This document shows, in pieces, positions 20,567-30,003 of a stretch of 64,000 nt of DNA (within the stretch, counting starts at the first letter, position 1; every line of letters starts with the position of its first letter). The notes beneath the pieces were generated by a model that did no database searches, had not been told where the DNA came from, and saw only the letters and a program-made list of their open reading frames with translations. Origin of the DNA: Planctomycetota bacterium (GTDB lineage: Bacteria > Planctomycetota > UBA1135 > UBA2386); the NCBI GenBank assembly GCA_965228735.1, contig OZ245838.1, forward strand, positions 3,040,001 through 3,104,000, read 5' to 3'. Position numbers and translations under genes: made by a program.

Positions 20567-22258
20567 ATGACCGCTTCCTCGCAACTCGCGTGCGCCCTGG
20601 CCATGGGCCTCGCCCTCAGTGCACCCGCCCTCGCCGCCACTCCGAGCGGCGGCGGCGGCACGACCTACGGCGGCGTCGACGTGCCGGCCGGCTTCCACGC
20701 GTTCGGCGCCGTCAACGATCCGCTCTCGCACGGCCAGGTCGGCGACAACTTCCTGTCGCTCAACGAAGCGATCCAGTTGCACAACAACACGCTGCTCCTC
20801 AATCAACTGTCCGCCGCGGAGCAGGCGCAGATCCAGCTGATCCCGGGCACGGGCCAGAGCACGTTCCTGAGTTGGGCGCGCTTCAACGGCGCGAACGTCC
20901 CCGTCATCACGATCGAGCAGAACCTCGACGTGATCGTCAACACGACTTACGGGCTGTTCCTGTCGAGTGACAACGGCAGCACGACGCTCGACTTCTCGGG
21001 GCCGAACGTGACGCGCGGCATGCTCGCGACGACGAACTCGCTGCAGATGCGCGACTTCGTGTTCTCCGGCGGTCCCTACGGCATCGACGTCGTGCAGACC
21101 GACATCGCGGGGCAGATCGGCTTCGCGATCAACGACTGCCGGTTCGAGGACCAGTCACAGTTCGGTGTGCGCATCCGGTCGACGACGGCGAACGGCATCG
21201 GCAAGGGCTACCTCGAACGCTGCGAGTTCGACAACGCAACGACCGGCTTCATCTGGGCTGCAGCCGCGGCCGGTCGGACGTCGTTCTTCGACCTGCACGA
21301 CTGCCGCATCGAGGGCGGCGACTCCGGGGTCGAGATCGCGGCCGGCGACGGCGGCGTCGCGCGCTACGTCTTCGATCGCCTCGTGATCGATGCACTGAAC
21401 ACCGGCATCACGATCGATCGCCCGGCCAACGCCAGCCGCCCGATGTTGCTGCTGTGGCGCAACGTCGAAGCGCGCGCAGCCGACGCGGTCCGCATCGCCG
21501 GGCACCCGACCGGCACCACGACGCTGCAACTCCAGATGTGCCACTTCGCGGCCGGCACCGGCAGCGTCGCGCTGGCGCTCGGCTCCGCGCCGGGCGACGA
21601 CATCGGCGGGCTGCTCGAGGACTCGACGTTCTCCGGCGACCTGACGGTGCGCACCGGCGGCGGCACCGCCGCTCTCGTGATCCAGAACGTGCGCTGCGAC
21701 ACGGGCAACACCGTGCTCACCCCGAGCGCATCGCAGGCGGTCGAAGTCAGCGACTCCCGCTTCGACCAGGGGACCTTGCAGAACGCGGGCTCCGCCGCCC
21801 TCTCGATGACCAACTGCTGCGTGACCGGCGCAGCCACGGGCACGATCCTGGCCGCGGACTCCTTCTTGCCGAACGCCGGCGCCGGCGTGACGCAGACGAC
21901 GCCGCGCCCCGCCGAGCAGCTCGGCAGCATGCGCGTGCTGCCGACGGTTCCGACGATCGGCGCCAACGTCATCTTCGAGGCGGACCTGCCGCCGGGCCTC
22001 TTCGGCTCGTTCCTGCTCGGGTTCACCGATCCCAACCCGACGCTGCTCGCCCAACCGCTGCACGTCTACAGCATCTTCAACAGCACGCTGCTGCTCCCCG
22101 GCATCTTCCGCTTCCAGCAGCAGTACGTCTGGCCGATCGCCAACAATCCGAACTTCATCGGCATCGACCTCGTGGCGACGATTGCGGTGCTGCCGGACCC
22201 GGGCGTCAGCGCGCTGCCGGTGCAGATCGCGCCGGGCCGGCGGTTCGCGCTGCAGTAG
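20567..22258 (+). CDS. Secreted protein with a right-handed beta-helix-like region and C-terminal beta domain
   Basis: Signal peptide; periodic xxCxF repeats (INDCRF, LERCEF, LHDCRI, LEDSTF). Confidence 0.6.
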   Translation: MTASSQLACALAMGLALSAPALAATPSGGGGTTYGGVDVPAGFHAFGAVNDPLSHGQVGDNFLSLNEAIQLHNNTLLLNQLSAAEQAQIQLIPGTGQSTFLSWARFNGANVPVITIEQNLDVIVNTTYGLFLSSDNGSTTLDFSGPNVTRGMLATTNSLQMRDFVFSGGPYGIDVVQTDIAGQIGFAINDCRFEDQSQFGVRIRSTTANGIGKGYLERCEFDNATTGFIWAAAAAGRTSFFDLHDCRIEGGDSGVEIAAGDGGVARYVFDRLVIDALNTGITIDRPANASRPMLLLWRNVEARAADAVRIAGHPTGTTTLQLQMCHFAAGTGSVALALGSAPGDDIGGLLEDSTFSGDLTVRTGGGTAALVIQNVRCDTGNTVLTPSASQAVEVSDSRFDQGTLQNAGSAALSMTNCCVTGAATGTILAADSFLPNAGAGVTQTTPRPAEQLGSMRVLPTVPTIGANVIFEADLPPGLFGSFLLGFTDPNPTLLAQPLHVYSIFNSTLLLPGIFRFQQQYVWPIANNPNFIGIDLVATIAVLPDPGVSALPVQIAPGRRFALQ

Positions 22259-22297
22259 TGCGTGCCCGCATCGCGGACGCGGTCTACAGTCCGCGCG

Positions 22298-23761
22298 ATG
22301 AAGTTCACATACCCACGCGATGGCAAGGCGCTCGGGAGTGCTGCCCACGTTCTCGTCGTCGCGGCCAAGAACTGTTTCGGCCCGCGCAAGCGCGCGGCGG
22401 CGTTCGCCAAACTGCTGAAGAAGGACACCGCGGCTCTCGTCCACGAGCTCGGAGGCGAGGCCGGCACCGGCCTGCTCGGCGGCACGTCGACATCGCGCCT
22501 CGGCAAGCAGCGGATCACGGTCGGCGCGCTGGCCGACGACTTCTCGCGCCACAATTGCGCAGCGCGCGCCGAGAGTGTGCGGAAGGTCACCGCCGGCGCC
22601 GCGCTCGGCAATGCGGCGAAGAACGCGGTGCTGCTCGTCCTCGACGACGAGAGCCACCTCGTCGCCGCGGTCAACGCGGTCGGCCGCGCGCTGCCGGTGT
22701 TCTCGATGAAGAGCAAACCGACGGGCAACGGCTCGGTCGCGATCGTCGCCGCGACGCGCGCGGGCAAGCTTGTCGCGATCGGCAAGGACGTGCAGAACCT
22801 CGTTCACAATGCGCGCGAGGCGGCGCGTCTGGTCGACACGCCGCCGACGGACCTCGACCCGGCGGCGCTGGCGCGCGAGGCGAAGAAGATGCTGCGCTCC
22901 ATCAAGGGCGTGAAGATCACCGAGATCACGGGCGACAAGCTGCTCGAGAAGAAACTCGGCGGGATCCACGGCGTCGGCCGGACCGCGCGTTCGGCTCCCC
23001 GCATGATCGTCGCGACCGCGGGCGCGACGAAGAAGGGACGTCACGTCGCGCTCGTCGGCAAGGGCATCACCTACGACACGGGCGGCCTGCACATCAAGAT
23101 GCGGGGCGCGATGGAGACGATGAAGGGCGACATGGGCGGCTCGGCGGCCGTGCTCGGCGCGTTCGCGACGCTCGCGCAGAACGGCCCGCCCTGCAAGCTG
23201 TCGCTCGTCATGTGCATCGCCGAGAACGCGATCGGCCCGGCGTCCTACAAGCCCGACGACGTGCTCACGATGCACTCGGGCAAGACGGTGGAGATCAACA
23301 ACACGGACGCCGAGGGGCGCCTGCTGCTCGCGGACGGCTGTTCGTGGGCCGCGCGCGTACTGAAGGCCGACACGATCATCGACGCGGCGACGCTGACCGG
23401 CGCCCAGGGCGTCGCCACGGGCAACCTGCACGCGGCCGTCGTCAGCAACGACGAGGCCGTCGAGCGCGCGCTGCTCGACGCCGGCAAGAGCAGCGGTGAC
23501 CTGACGTGGGCGCTGCCGTTCGCGCCGGAGTTCTACCGCAGCGAGTTCAAGAGCCCGATCGCCGACATGCGCAACTCGGTGCGAAGCCGGAGCAACGCGC
23601 AGTCGAGCTGCGCGGCGATCTTCGTGCACTGGCACATCGCGGACACGAACGCGCGCTGGGGTCACATCGACCTCGCCTACCCGGCGATGCGCGGCGATCG
23701 CGGCACCGGCTACGGCGTCGCGCTGATCGCCGATGCCGTTCAGCGGCTCGGCGACAGGTAG
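22298..23761 (+). CDS. M17 leucyl aminopeptidase, NPEPL1-like
   Basis: GKGITYDTGG, MKGDMGG and NTDAEGRL metal-binding motifs. Confidence 0.9.
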   Translation: MKFTYPRDGKALGSAAHVLVVAAKNCFGPRKRAAAFAKLLKKDTAALVHELGGEAGTGLLGGTSTSRLGKQRITVGALADDFSRHNCAARAESVRKVTAGAALGNAAKNAVLLVLDDESHLVAAVNAVGRALPVFSMKSKPTGNGSVAIVAATRAGKLVAIGKDVQNLVHNAREAARLVDTPPTDLDPAALAREAKKMLRSIKGVKITEITGDKLLEKKLGGIHGVGRTARSAPRMIVATAGATKKGRHVALVGKGITYDTGGLHIKMRGAMETMKGDMGGSAAVLGAFATLAQNGPPCKLSLVMCIAENAIGPASYKPDDVLTMHSGKTVEINNTDAEGRLLLADGCSWAARVLKADTIIDAATLTGAQGVATGNLHAAVVSNDEAVERALLDAGKSSGDLTWALPFAPEFYRSEFKSPIADMRNSVRSRSNAQSSCAAIFVHWHIADTNARWGHIDLAYPAMRGDRGTGYGVALIADAVQRLGDR

Positions 23762-24591
23762 CCGCCGCCGCGGCTGCCGAAGGCCCGCAGCACGAAGTAG
23801 TCGTAGTCGGCCCACAGCAGCTGGCCGTCGACGAACGCGAGCCGGACGCCCAGGCCTTCGGCCTCCGACACGGTCCAGGCCCACACCTGCACGCTCGGAT
23901 CGTCGACGTGCGCGCTCGAGCAGCGCGGCTCGCCCAGAGCCTGGCGAACAGCCCTGAACGTCACGGGACGCGGCAGGGCCTCCACCCGCTGCACGAGCGC
24001 GGCGCGCGCGATCCTCGGATCCTCGTAGAACAGCAGCGCGGGCAAGATGATGATCGGTGCGAGAACGAGGCCGGGCAGGCCGATGGTCGACAGCACCACG
24101 ATCTGAGACGTCGTCGGGTGAGGCCCCGGCTTGTGGCGGGCGGTATCGAGCGGCTCGAGATCACGCCACTCGAACGGCACCTTGCTCGCCGCGACGACGC
24201 CGGGCAGCGCAGCGATCGTGTCGCGCCCCCAACCCCGTTGCCGCTCGAGCCAACCGAACTCCTCGAAGTCACACGCGAAGAGCGCGGCGACCAGCCGGTC
24301 ATCGCGATAGACCAGGAGATAGTTGGGGTGCGGGTAGAACGCCTGGCAGTGGTCGATGCGCCATTCGCCAGCCGGCCCGCCCGCCACCTCCGGATGGAAC
24401 CGCAGACGCGGTTCCGTCGCGGCATCGAGCAGCGGCGCGACCTCGGCCGGCGCCATGCCTGGCTCCAGGCTCTCGAGTCGCCGCGGGTCGAACCCGACGT
24501 TGCAAGCTGCCAGAGCCAGGACTGCGGCGTGAGCGAAGGCGCGGCGGGCGCCGCGCGTCGGGAATCGTTCGGGGATCGGATCGTGGATCAT
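23740..24591 (-). CDS. Hypothetical lipoprotein, possible BamE/SmpA-like repeats
   Basis: GGAGG RBS; LAAC lipobox; LEPGMAPAEV and AVRQALGEP segments. Confidence 0.5.
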   Translation of the reverse strand: MIHDPIPERFPTRGARRAFAHAAVLALAACNVGFDPRRLESLEPGMAPAEVAPLLDAATEPRLRFHPEVAGGPAGEWRIDHCQAFYPHPNYLLVYRDDRLVAALFACDFEEFGWLERQRGWGRDTIAALPGVVAASKVPFEWRDLEPLDTARHKPGPHPTTSQIVVLSTIGLPGLVLAPIIILPALLFYEDPRIARAALVQRVEALPRPVTFRAVRQALGEPRCSSAHVDDPSVQVWAWTVSEAEGLGVRLAFVDGQLLWADYDYFVLRAFGSRGGGYLSPSR

Positions 24592-24742
24592 CGAGACCTC
24601 CTGTGATCCGAAGTAGCCACGCGGTCCGTTCGCGTCCTCGAATTACCGGTGTACGATCCGTTAAGCACTGCGAATCGACGGCCGCACGTTTCGGGGCGAG
24701 CCGCTACACTGCGGGCCGCTTCTGATGACCCCGGAGATCCTC

Positions 24743-26179
24743 ATGCGAAGTCACCTCCAGCTCTCGGCACCGGCGCTCGCCGGCCTGCTGTTCCTGCCCG
24801 CCACCCTCGCGCAGTCCGCCGACTCCCGATCGAACGGGATCGAACGACCGGAGTTCGCCGCCCCGGTGCGGCTGCAGGCCGGCAAGGAGTTCCTCGGTCA
24901 GGGGCGCCTCTACCCCTCGCCGGTCTATCACGACATGAACGGCGACGGCCGGCTCGACATCGTCGTCGGCGACCTCTGGGGCAAGCTCACGGTAGCGCTG
25001 CGCGAGCCTGGCAGCTCGCCCGCGATCGCCGGCGAGACCAAGCTCAACGGCACCGATGGCGAGGTGCTCGACTTCGCCAACTGGTGATGCATCGGCATGA
25101 GTCCACAGTTCGTGGACTTCAACGCCGACGGCCACCTGGACATCGTCGCGGGCACGTTCTCGGGCTCACCGTGGATCGCGTTCGGCACGAAGGATGGCTT
25201 CGCGCAACCGGGTATGATCCACGACCGGAGCGGCGAGCGCATCGTGCTCAACCAGTTCTGGAACTACGACACCAAGAAGTGGGACTCGACGACGCGCTGC
25301 AATCCTGCCGGCGAGGAACTCGGCAACGGCCACGGCACGTCGGCGCTCGCGTTCGATCACGACGGTGACGGCGACTTCGACCTGTTGCTCGGCGACTACG
25401 ACACGGGTCACCTGTTCCTGCGCCGCAACGAGGGCAGCAACGCCGAGCCGAAGTTCGCGACGCACAACGAGCTCGTCCGGGCCGGCGGCGAGCCGATCAA
25501 CGTCGGCAAGATGGCGACGATGCGCGCGCTCGACTGGAACGGTGACGGCCACCAGGATCTCCTGATCGGCAGCTTCGGCGACAGCTACGGCCCCGGCACG
25601 GGCGGCGGCGTCTGGCTGTTCCCCGGCGCGACCCGCGCGGACAACGGCGACGCGCAGTTCGGCGCGCCCGTGACCTTCGTCGACCCGAGCAAGAAGGACG
25701 GCAGCGGCCCCGCGCGCCCGGACACCGGGCTCTACGCCGACGCGGCCGATCACGACGGCGACGGCGACCTCGATCTGATCGTCGGCGGCTACGCGATGTG
25801 GCAGCCGAAGAAGCCCACGCTCGGGCCCGACGAGGAGCGCGAGCTGGAAGGGCTGCGGAAGGACCACGAGGAAGCTCTCGCGCGCAATCGCGAGCTCAAC
25901 CTGGCGTTCTACGCGGCGCTCGAGGAGGTCCCCGAAGCCGACAAGGCGGCGATGCGCGCGAAGCTCATCAAGGCTCAGAAGGACCAGCGCGCCGAGGTGT
26001 CGCAGAAGCTCTCGAAGATCAACGAGCGCCTGACGGAGCTCGACCCCGGCATGCAGCGGCAGGCCTTCGTGTGGCTCTACGAGAACCTCGCGGTGAGCAC
26101 GCCCGCCACGCCTGGCCCCGATGGCCAAGAACAGGGTGGCGAGCAGGGACAGGGCGGCGAGCAGGGCGGAGTGCGCTGA
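24743..26179 (+). CDS. Secreted FG-GAP/VCBS beta-propeller protein, candidate selenoprotein (in-frame UGA at 25085-25087, U115-C116; 478 aa)
   Basis: GGAG RBS and signal peptide; repeats DMNGDGRLD, DFNADGHLD, DHDGDGDFD, DWNGDGHQD and DHDGDGDLD lie on both sides of an in-frame TGA; SECIS-like hairpin follows. Confidence 0.75.
25098..25121 (+). promoter_or_regulatory. Candidate bacterial SECIS hairpin
   Basis: UGAGUCCAC [AGUUC] GUGGACU(U)CA: 9-bp stem with one bulged U and a 5-nt loop with G at position 2. There are 19 nt between the UGA and the loop. Confidence 0.65.
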
Positions 26180-26181
26180 TC

Positions 26182-27561
26182 GTGCACCGCGCCGCCCTCC
26201 CCCTGCTGGCTGCCGCGATCGGCGGACTCGACGCGACCGCGCAGAACCCCGTCGATCGCAAGGCGCAGGAGCGCTTCCAGAAGGCCGAGAAGGCGGTCGC
26301 GGACAGCAAGTTCAGCGCGGCGCACAAGCTCTACCGGCAGCTCGCGCGCAAGTATCCCAACACCGCGTGGGGCAAGATCGCCGCGCTGCGCACCGAGCCG
26401 ACGGCGTTCCTCGGCTACGCCGATCTGCTGCGGCATGGTGAGCCGACCAATCGCGTGGACGTCGTCGTCATGGGCGACGGCTACGCGCTCGACGACCAGA
26501 ACGAGTTCGAGGACGTCGCGAAGTCGGTCGTCGACGTGTTCCGCCGCGAGAACGTGCTCGGCGAGTACTACGCGTATCACAACTTCGTGCGGGTCCACCT
26601 GACGAGCAAGGACCAGGGCGTCTCGGGGTTCGGCCGCAAGAAGGAGACCGCGCTCGGCGGCAAGATCGCCGGCAAGGTGCAGGGCCAGGTCGGGGTCGAC
26701 ATCCGCAAGACCAAGAAGTGGCTCGACCAGCTCGCCCACCACGACGGTTACGCGATCGCGATCGTCAAGGCGGGCTCGAGCGGCACGGGCGGCGGCGGCA
26801 TCGCGGCCGTCGGCGGCCGCGCGGACGGGACGCTCGTGCACGAATGGGGTCACGCGTTCGGCGGGCTGAGCGACGAGTATTCGACGTTCACCGGCCACCG
26901 CGGCTCGCCGCGCAACACGGTCAACGTCAGCACCACCGACGACCTCGCCAAGGTGCCGTGGAAACACTTCGTCGAAGCGAAGTATCCCGGCGTCGGCGCC
27001 TACCGCGGCGCGGACGGCCGCATCAAGGGCGCCTACAAGCCGACGTCCGGGCAGTGCCGCATGGGCAGCGCCAACGACTTCTGCCCCGTCTGCCGCGAAC
27101 GGATAGTGCTGCAGATCTACCGCCGCGTCGATCCGATCGACGCACACGAGCCGCGCACCGAGCACGACAAGAACCGTGCGACGATGATTCGCCGCGAGAC
27201 GAAGTTCGAGGTCACGGTGCTCGAACCGAAGTCGCATCGCCTCGATGTCACGTTCCACGTGATCCCGGAGCAGGCGGCCATCCGCCCGCGCAACGACGAG
27301 CGACTCGAAGACCGCCAGCGGCGCGGCAAGCTCGCGGACATCCGCGAGACGGTGCAGAAGACGAACGGCAAGTTCGGCGGCCGCGGCCGCTACTCGATCA
27401 CGATCGGGCCGCGCGAGCTGCCGCCGGGGCGCTTCCAGATCGTCTGCCGCGTGCGCGATGACAGCAAACCGAGCGGTGAGTCGCGACCGTGGGTGCTGCG
27501 GGACGACCGCGACCTGCTCGCGAGCGAGCGGGTGTGGTGGGTCGAGATTCCGGAGCGGTAG
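26182..27561 (+). CDS. Secreted M64 (IgA peptidase-like) metallopeptidase
   Basis: NRVDVVVMGDGY, HEWGHAFGGLSDEY and CRM...FCPVC motifs; starts 2 nt after the upstream stop. Confidence 0.85.
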   Translation: MHRAALPLLAAAIGGLDATAQNPVDRKAQERFQKAEKAVADSKFSAAHKLYRQLARKYPNTAWGKIAALRTEPTAFLGYADLLRHGEPTNRVDVVVMGDGYALDDQNEFEDVAKSVVDVFRRENVLGEYYAYHNFVRVHLTSKDQGVSGFGRKKETALGGKIAGKVQGQVGVDIRKTKKWLDQLAHHDGYAIAIVKAGSSGTGGGGIAAVGGRADGTLVHEWGHAFGGLSDEYSTFTGHRGSPRNTVNVSTTDDLAKVPWKHFVEAKYPGVGAYRGADGRIKGAYKPTSGQCRMGSANDFCPVCRERIVLQIYRRVDPIDAHEPRTEHDKNRATMIRRETKFEVTVLEPKSHRLDVTFHVIPEQAAIRPRNDERLEDRQRRGKLADIRETVQKTNGKFGGRGRYSITIGPRELPPGRFQIVCRVRDDSKPSGESRPWVLRDDRDLLASERVWWVEIPER

Positions 27562-27573
27562 CCGGCTACCGCT
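27554..27573. terminator. Perfect 20-bp palindrome overlapping two convergent stop codons
   Basis: AGCGGTAGCC|GGCTACCGCT; no U-tract, so terminator function is uncertain. Confidence 0.4.
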
Positions 27574-28783
27574 AGCGCGGGCGCACCTCGAACGTCACCT
27601 CCATCGCCTCGCCGTCGACGACGTCGATCTCGACGTCGGTCCCCCCTAAGAGTTTGGCGCTCCGCAACCGCAGCCGGTTCTTGCCGGGCGGCAGGATGCA
27701 ACGGAACGTGCCGTCCGGCATCACCTCGAAGCCCTGACACCAAAGAGCGAGCGGTCGCGCCGGACCGTTCACGGCGACGTCGCAGTAGCCCCTTGGCCGC
27801 ACCACGTTCCCCGCCGCGTCCACGAGGCGCCCACGAATCCGGCCGCCGCGAACGACCTGGACGAGTTGATCGGCCGTGTCCTTGCCGGCCTCGACGAGCA
27901 CGCCGGTCACGGCAATCACGGCGAATCCATCGATGTCGGCGAAGAGCAGATACTCGTCAGGAACGAGACCGTGAGTGCAGAACCTCCCACGCTCATCCGT
28001 CTCCGCCACCACCGACTGGCCAGCACCACCGGCGACGACCTGCACGCGCACCGCGGGGTCGCCGTTCGGCATTAGGACCACGCCGCAGATGCGGCCGCCA
28101 CGCTCGAGCGTGCAGTCGGCAGGTTTCGACGGATCCTCGACGAAGACGCGAGACTGCGCGTGGTGCGGCCCGCTCGCGAAGAACTCGAGCGTGTCGGTTC
28201 GTGGCAAGCCGCGCACGACGAAGCGGCCATCCGCGCCGGTGTGTGCGACCCACGGCAGGATCGGCGCGGTGGTCCAGAGCCGCCGGTCGGGATCGCCGAA
28301 GCTCGCCGGCCACACCCGGACTCCCGCGATCGGCAACCCGGTGTCCTCGTCCGTCACGCGGCCGCGCAGATCGACGCTGTCGGTCAGATCGACGCGCACC
28401 TTCGAGAGGTCGCCGCCGGGCAGCAACCGGGTCAGTCCGGACTTGCCCTTGCAGCGTGCGATGACCAGCACGCCGGTGTTGAGGCGCCGGTATCTGGGTA
28501 TCCACGGCACGCCCGGCATCGCGAAGCTACCGTCGGCCCCAGCGAGGCACTCACCGATCGCGGTCGCGCGGTAGCGCTGGAAGTCACAACGCCATACCGT
28601 CACCCGAACGGTCGCACCCTTCGGCACCCCCCGGACGACACCCGTGACGTCACGCCGGAGCTCGACCTCGCGCTTCTCTGGCGCCCCGTTCTCTGGCGCC
28701 CCGTTCTCTGGCGCCCCGCGCTCCTGCGCTGCGAGCCCTGAGCCGAGACCGAACAGGAACACTGCTACGAGAAACCGGTTCAT
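27572..28783 (-). CDS. Secreted carboxypeptidase-regulatory-like repeat protein, paralog 2
   Basis: ATG 28783 (ATGA overlap); signal peptide; LRGRVTDEDTGLPIAGVRV and TDERGRF motifs. Confidence 0.75.
   Translation of the reverse strand: MNRFLVAVFLFGLGSGLAAQERGAPENGAPENGAPEKREVELRRDVTGVVRGVPKGATVRVTVWRCDFQRYRATAIGECLAGADGSFAMPGVPWIPRYRRLNTGVLVIARCKGKSGLTRLLPGGDLSKVRVDLTDSVDLRGRVTDEDTGLPIAGVRVWPASFGDPDRRLWTTAPILPWVAHTGADGRFVVRGLPRTDTLEFFASGPHHAQSRVFVEDPSKPADCTLERGGRICGVVLMPNGDPAVRVQVVAGGAGQSVVAETDERGRFCTHGLVPDEYLLFADIDGFAVIAVTGVLVEAGKDTADQLVQVVRGGRIRGRLVDAAGNVVRPRGYCDVAVNGPARPLALWCQGFEVMPDGTFRCILPPGKNRLRLRSAKLLGGTDVEIDVVDGEAMEVTFEVRPR
28674..28718. repeat. 15-bp tandem repeat x3, in frame (GAPEN)
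   Basis: TTCTCTGGCGCCCCG x3. Confidence 0.9.
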
Positions 28784-30003
28784 CGCCCCTTCTTCACGCG
28801 CCACACGACTTCGGTCGCCTCGCCTTCGACGACGTCGACCCACTCGGTCGGCTCCGAGTAGCCGTCCGTGCCACGCAGGTAGATCCGGTTCCTGCCTGCG
28901 GGCGCGCGGATGCGGAACGTGCCGTCCTTCTGCACGGGCACGCATTCGCACGAGCCACCGCTGCCGCGCGCCGGGCCGTACATCGCGACGTCCGTGTACC
29001 ACTTCGTCGGGATCGGCTTGCCGGTCGCGGCGTCGACGACCTTGCCGACGATGAATCCGCCCTTCACGAGCTGGACGGTGTGCCCATCGTCGAGTTCGCC
29101 GGGCTCGACCTCGATGCCGGTCACCGCGATGACCGTGAGCCCCTCGACCCGGGCGAAGACCTTGTAGACCTCGGGATTCAGCTCCGTGATCAGAAACCGC
29201 CCGTTCGCGTCCGTCACCGCGCGGCCGAGCCCCGCGCCCCGACCCGTGGCCGTGACGTGCACGTCGGGTGCCGGGTTGCCGTCCGGCAGGAGGACCACGC
29301 CGGCGATGCGCCCGCCGGCCGGGAGCGTGCCGAGGACGGGTTCGCTCGGATCCTCGACGTCGATCCACGTGCGCGCGTGATGCTCACCGCCGGCGATCAG
29401 CTTGATCGGTTGCAGATCGGGAACGCCGCGCAGCGTGAAGTTGCCCTTGTCGTCGGTCCACGCGACCCACGGCGGCAGCGGGCCCGTGAGCCAGACCGCG
29501 TACTTCGGCCCCAGGATCGACGGCCAGACGCGGGCCCCCGCGATTGGCACGTCGGTGTCGCGATCGCGCAGCTGACCGCGCAGCTCGATGCCCGGCGCGA
29601 GCGCGACCTTCAGCTTGCCGGGGTCGAACGCCTCACCGCGATACTGGCGCAACCCGACGAGGTCACCGCAGCGCGCGAGCAACACGACCCTGTGGGAGCC
29701 CCAGTCGTAGGCCCGAAACCACGGCACCTCGTCGAACGCGAACGTGCCGTCGGCCGCCGTCACCGTCTCCGCGATGGGCAGCACCTGCCCGCGCTTGCCG
29801 TCGTCGTGCACCAGCGTCACGCGCGCGGTCTTGCCGGCGGGCACGCCCTCGATCCGACCGCGAACGTCGACCGTGATGCGTTGCCCGTCGGCACCCTTCG
29901 TCGGCGCCGCGTTCTGTGGCAGGCTGTGCTGAGCGAACAGCGCCGCGCCGGCGGCCAGGATGGCCGCGACGAGACGCGCGACCGATCCCGGCGCGAGTGT
30001 CAT
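28780..30003 (-). CDS. Secreted carboxypeptidase-regulatory-like repeat protein, paralog 1
   Basis: ATG 30003 (ATGA overlap); LRGQLRDRDTDVPIAGARV and TDANGRF motifs; colinear with 27572-28783. Confidence 0.75.
   Translation of the reverse strand: MTLAPGSVARLVAAILAAGAALFAQHSLPQNAAPTKGADGQRITVDVRGRIEGVPAGKTARVTLVHDDGKRGQVLPIAETVTAADGTFAFDEVPWFRAYDWGSHRVVLLARCGDLVGLRQYRGEAFDPGKLKVALAPGIELRGQLRDRDTDVPIAGARVWPSILGPKYAVWLTGPLPPWVAWTDDKGNFTLRGVPDLQPIKLIAGGEHHARTWIDVEDPSEPVLGTLPAGGRIAGVVLLPDGNPAPDVHVTATGRGAGLGRAVTDANGRFLITELNPEVYKVFARVEGLTVIAVTGIEVEPGELDDGHTVQLVKGGFIVGKVVDAATGKPIPTKWYTDVAMYGPARGSGGSCECVPVQKDGTFRIRAPAGRNRIYLRGTDGYSEPTEWVDVVEGEATEVVWRVKKGR

Noticed and set aside
25097..26179. Treating the downstream FG-GAP ORF as an independent gene
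   Set aside because: It has no RBS or signal peptide, begins at a repeat boundary and is in frame with the upstream ORF, so readthrough or a point lesion fits better.
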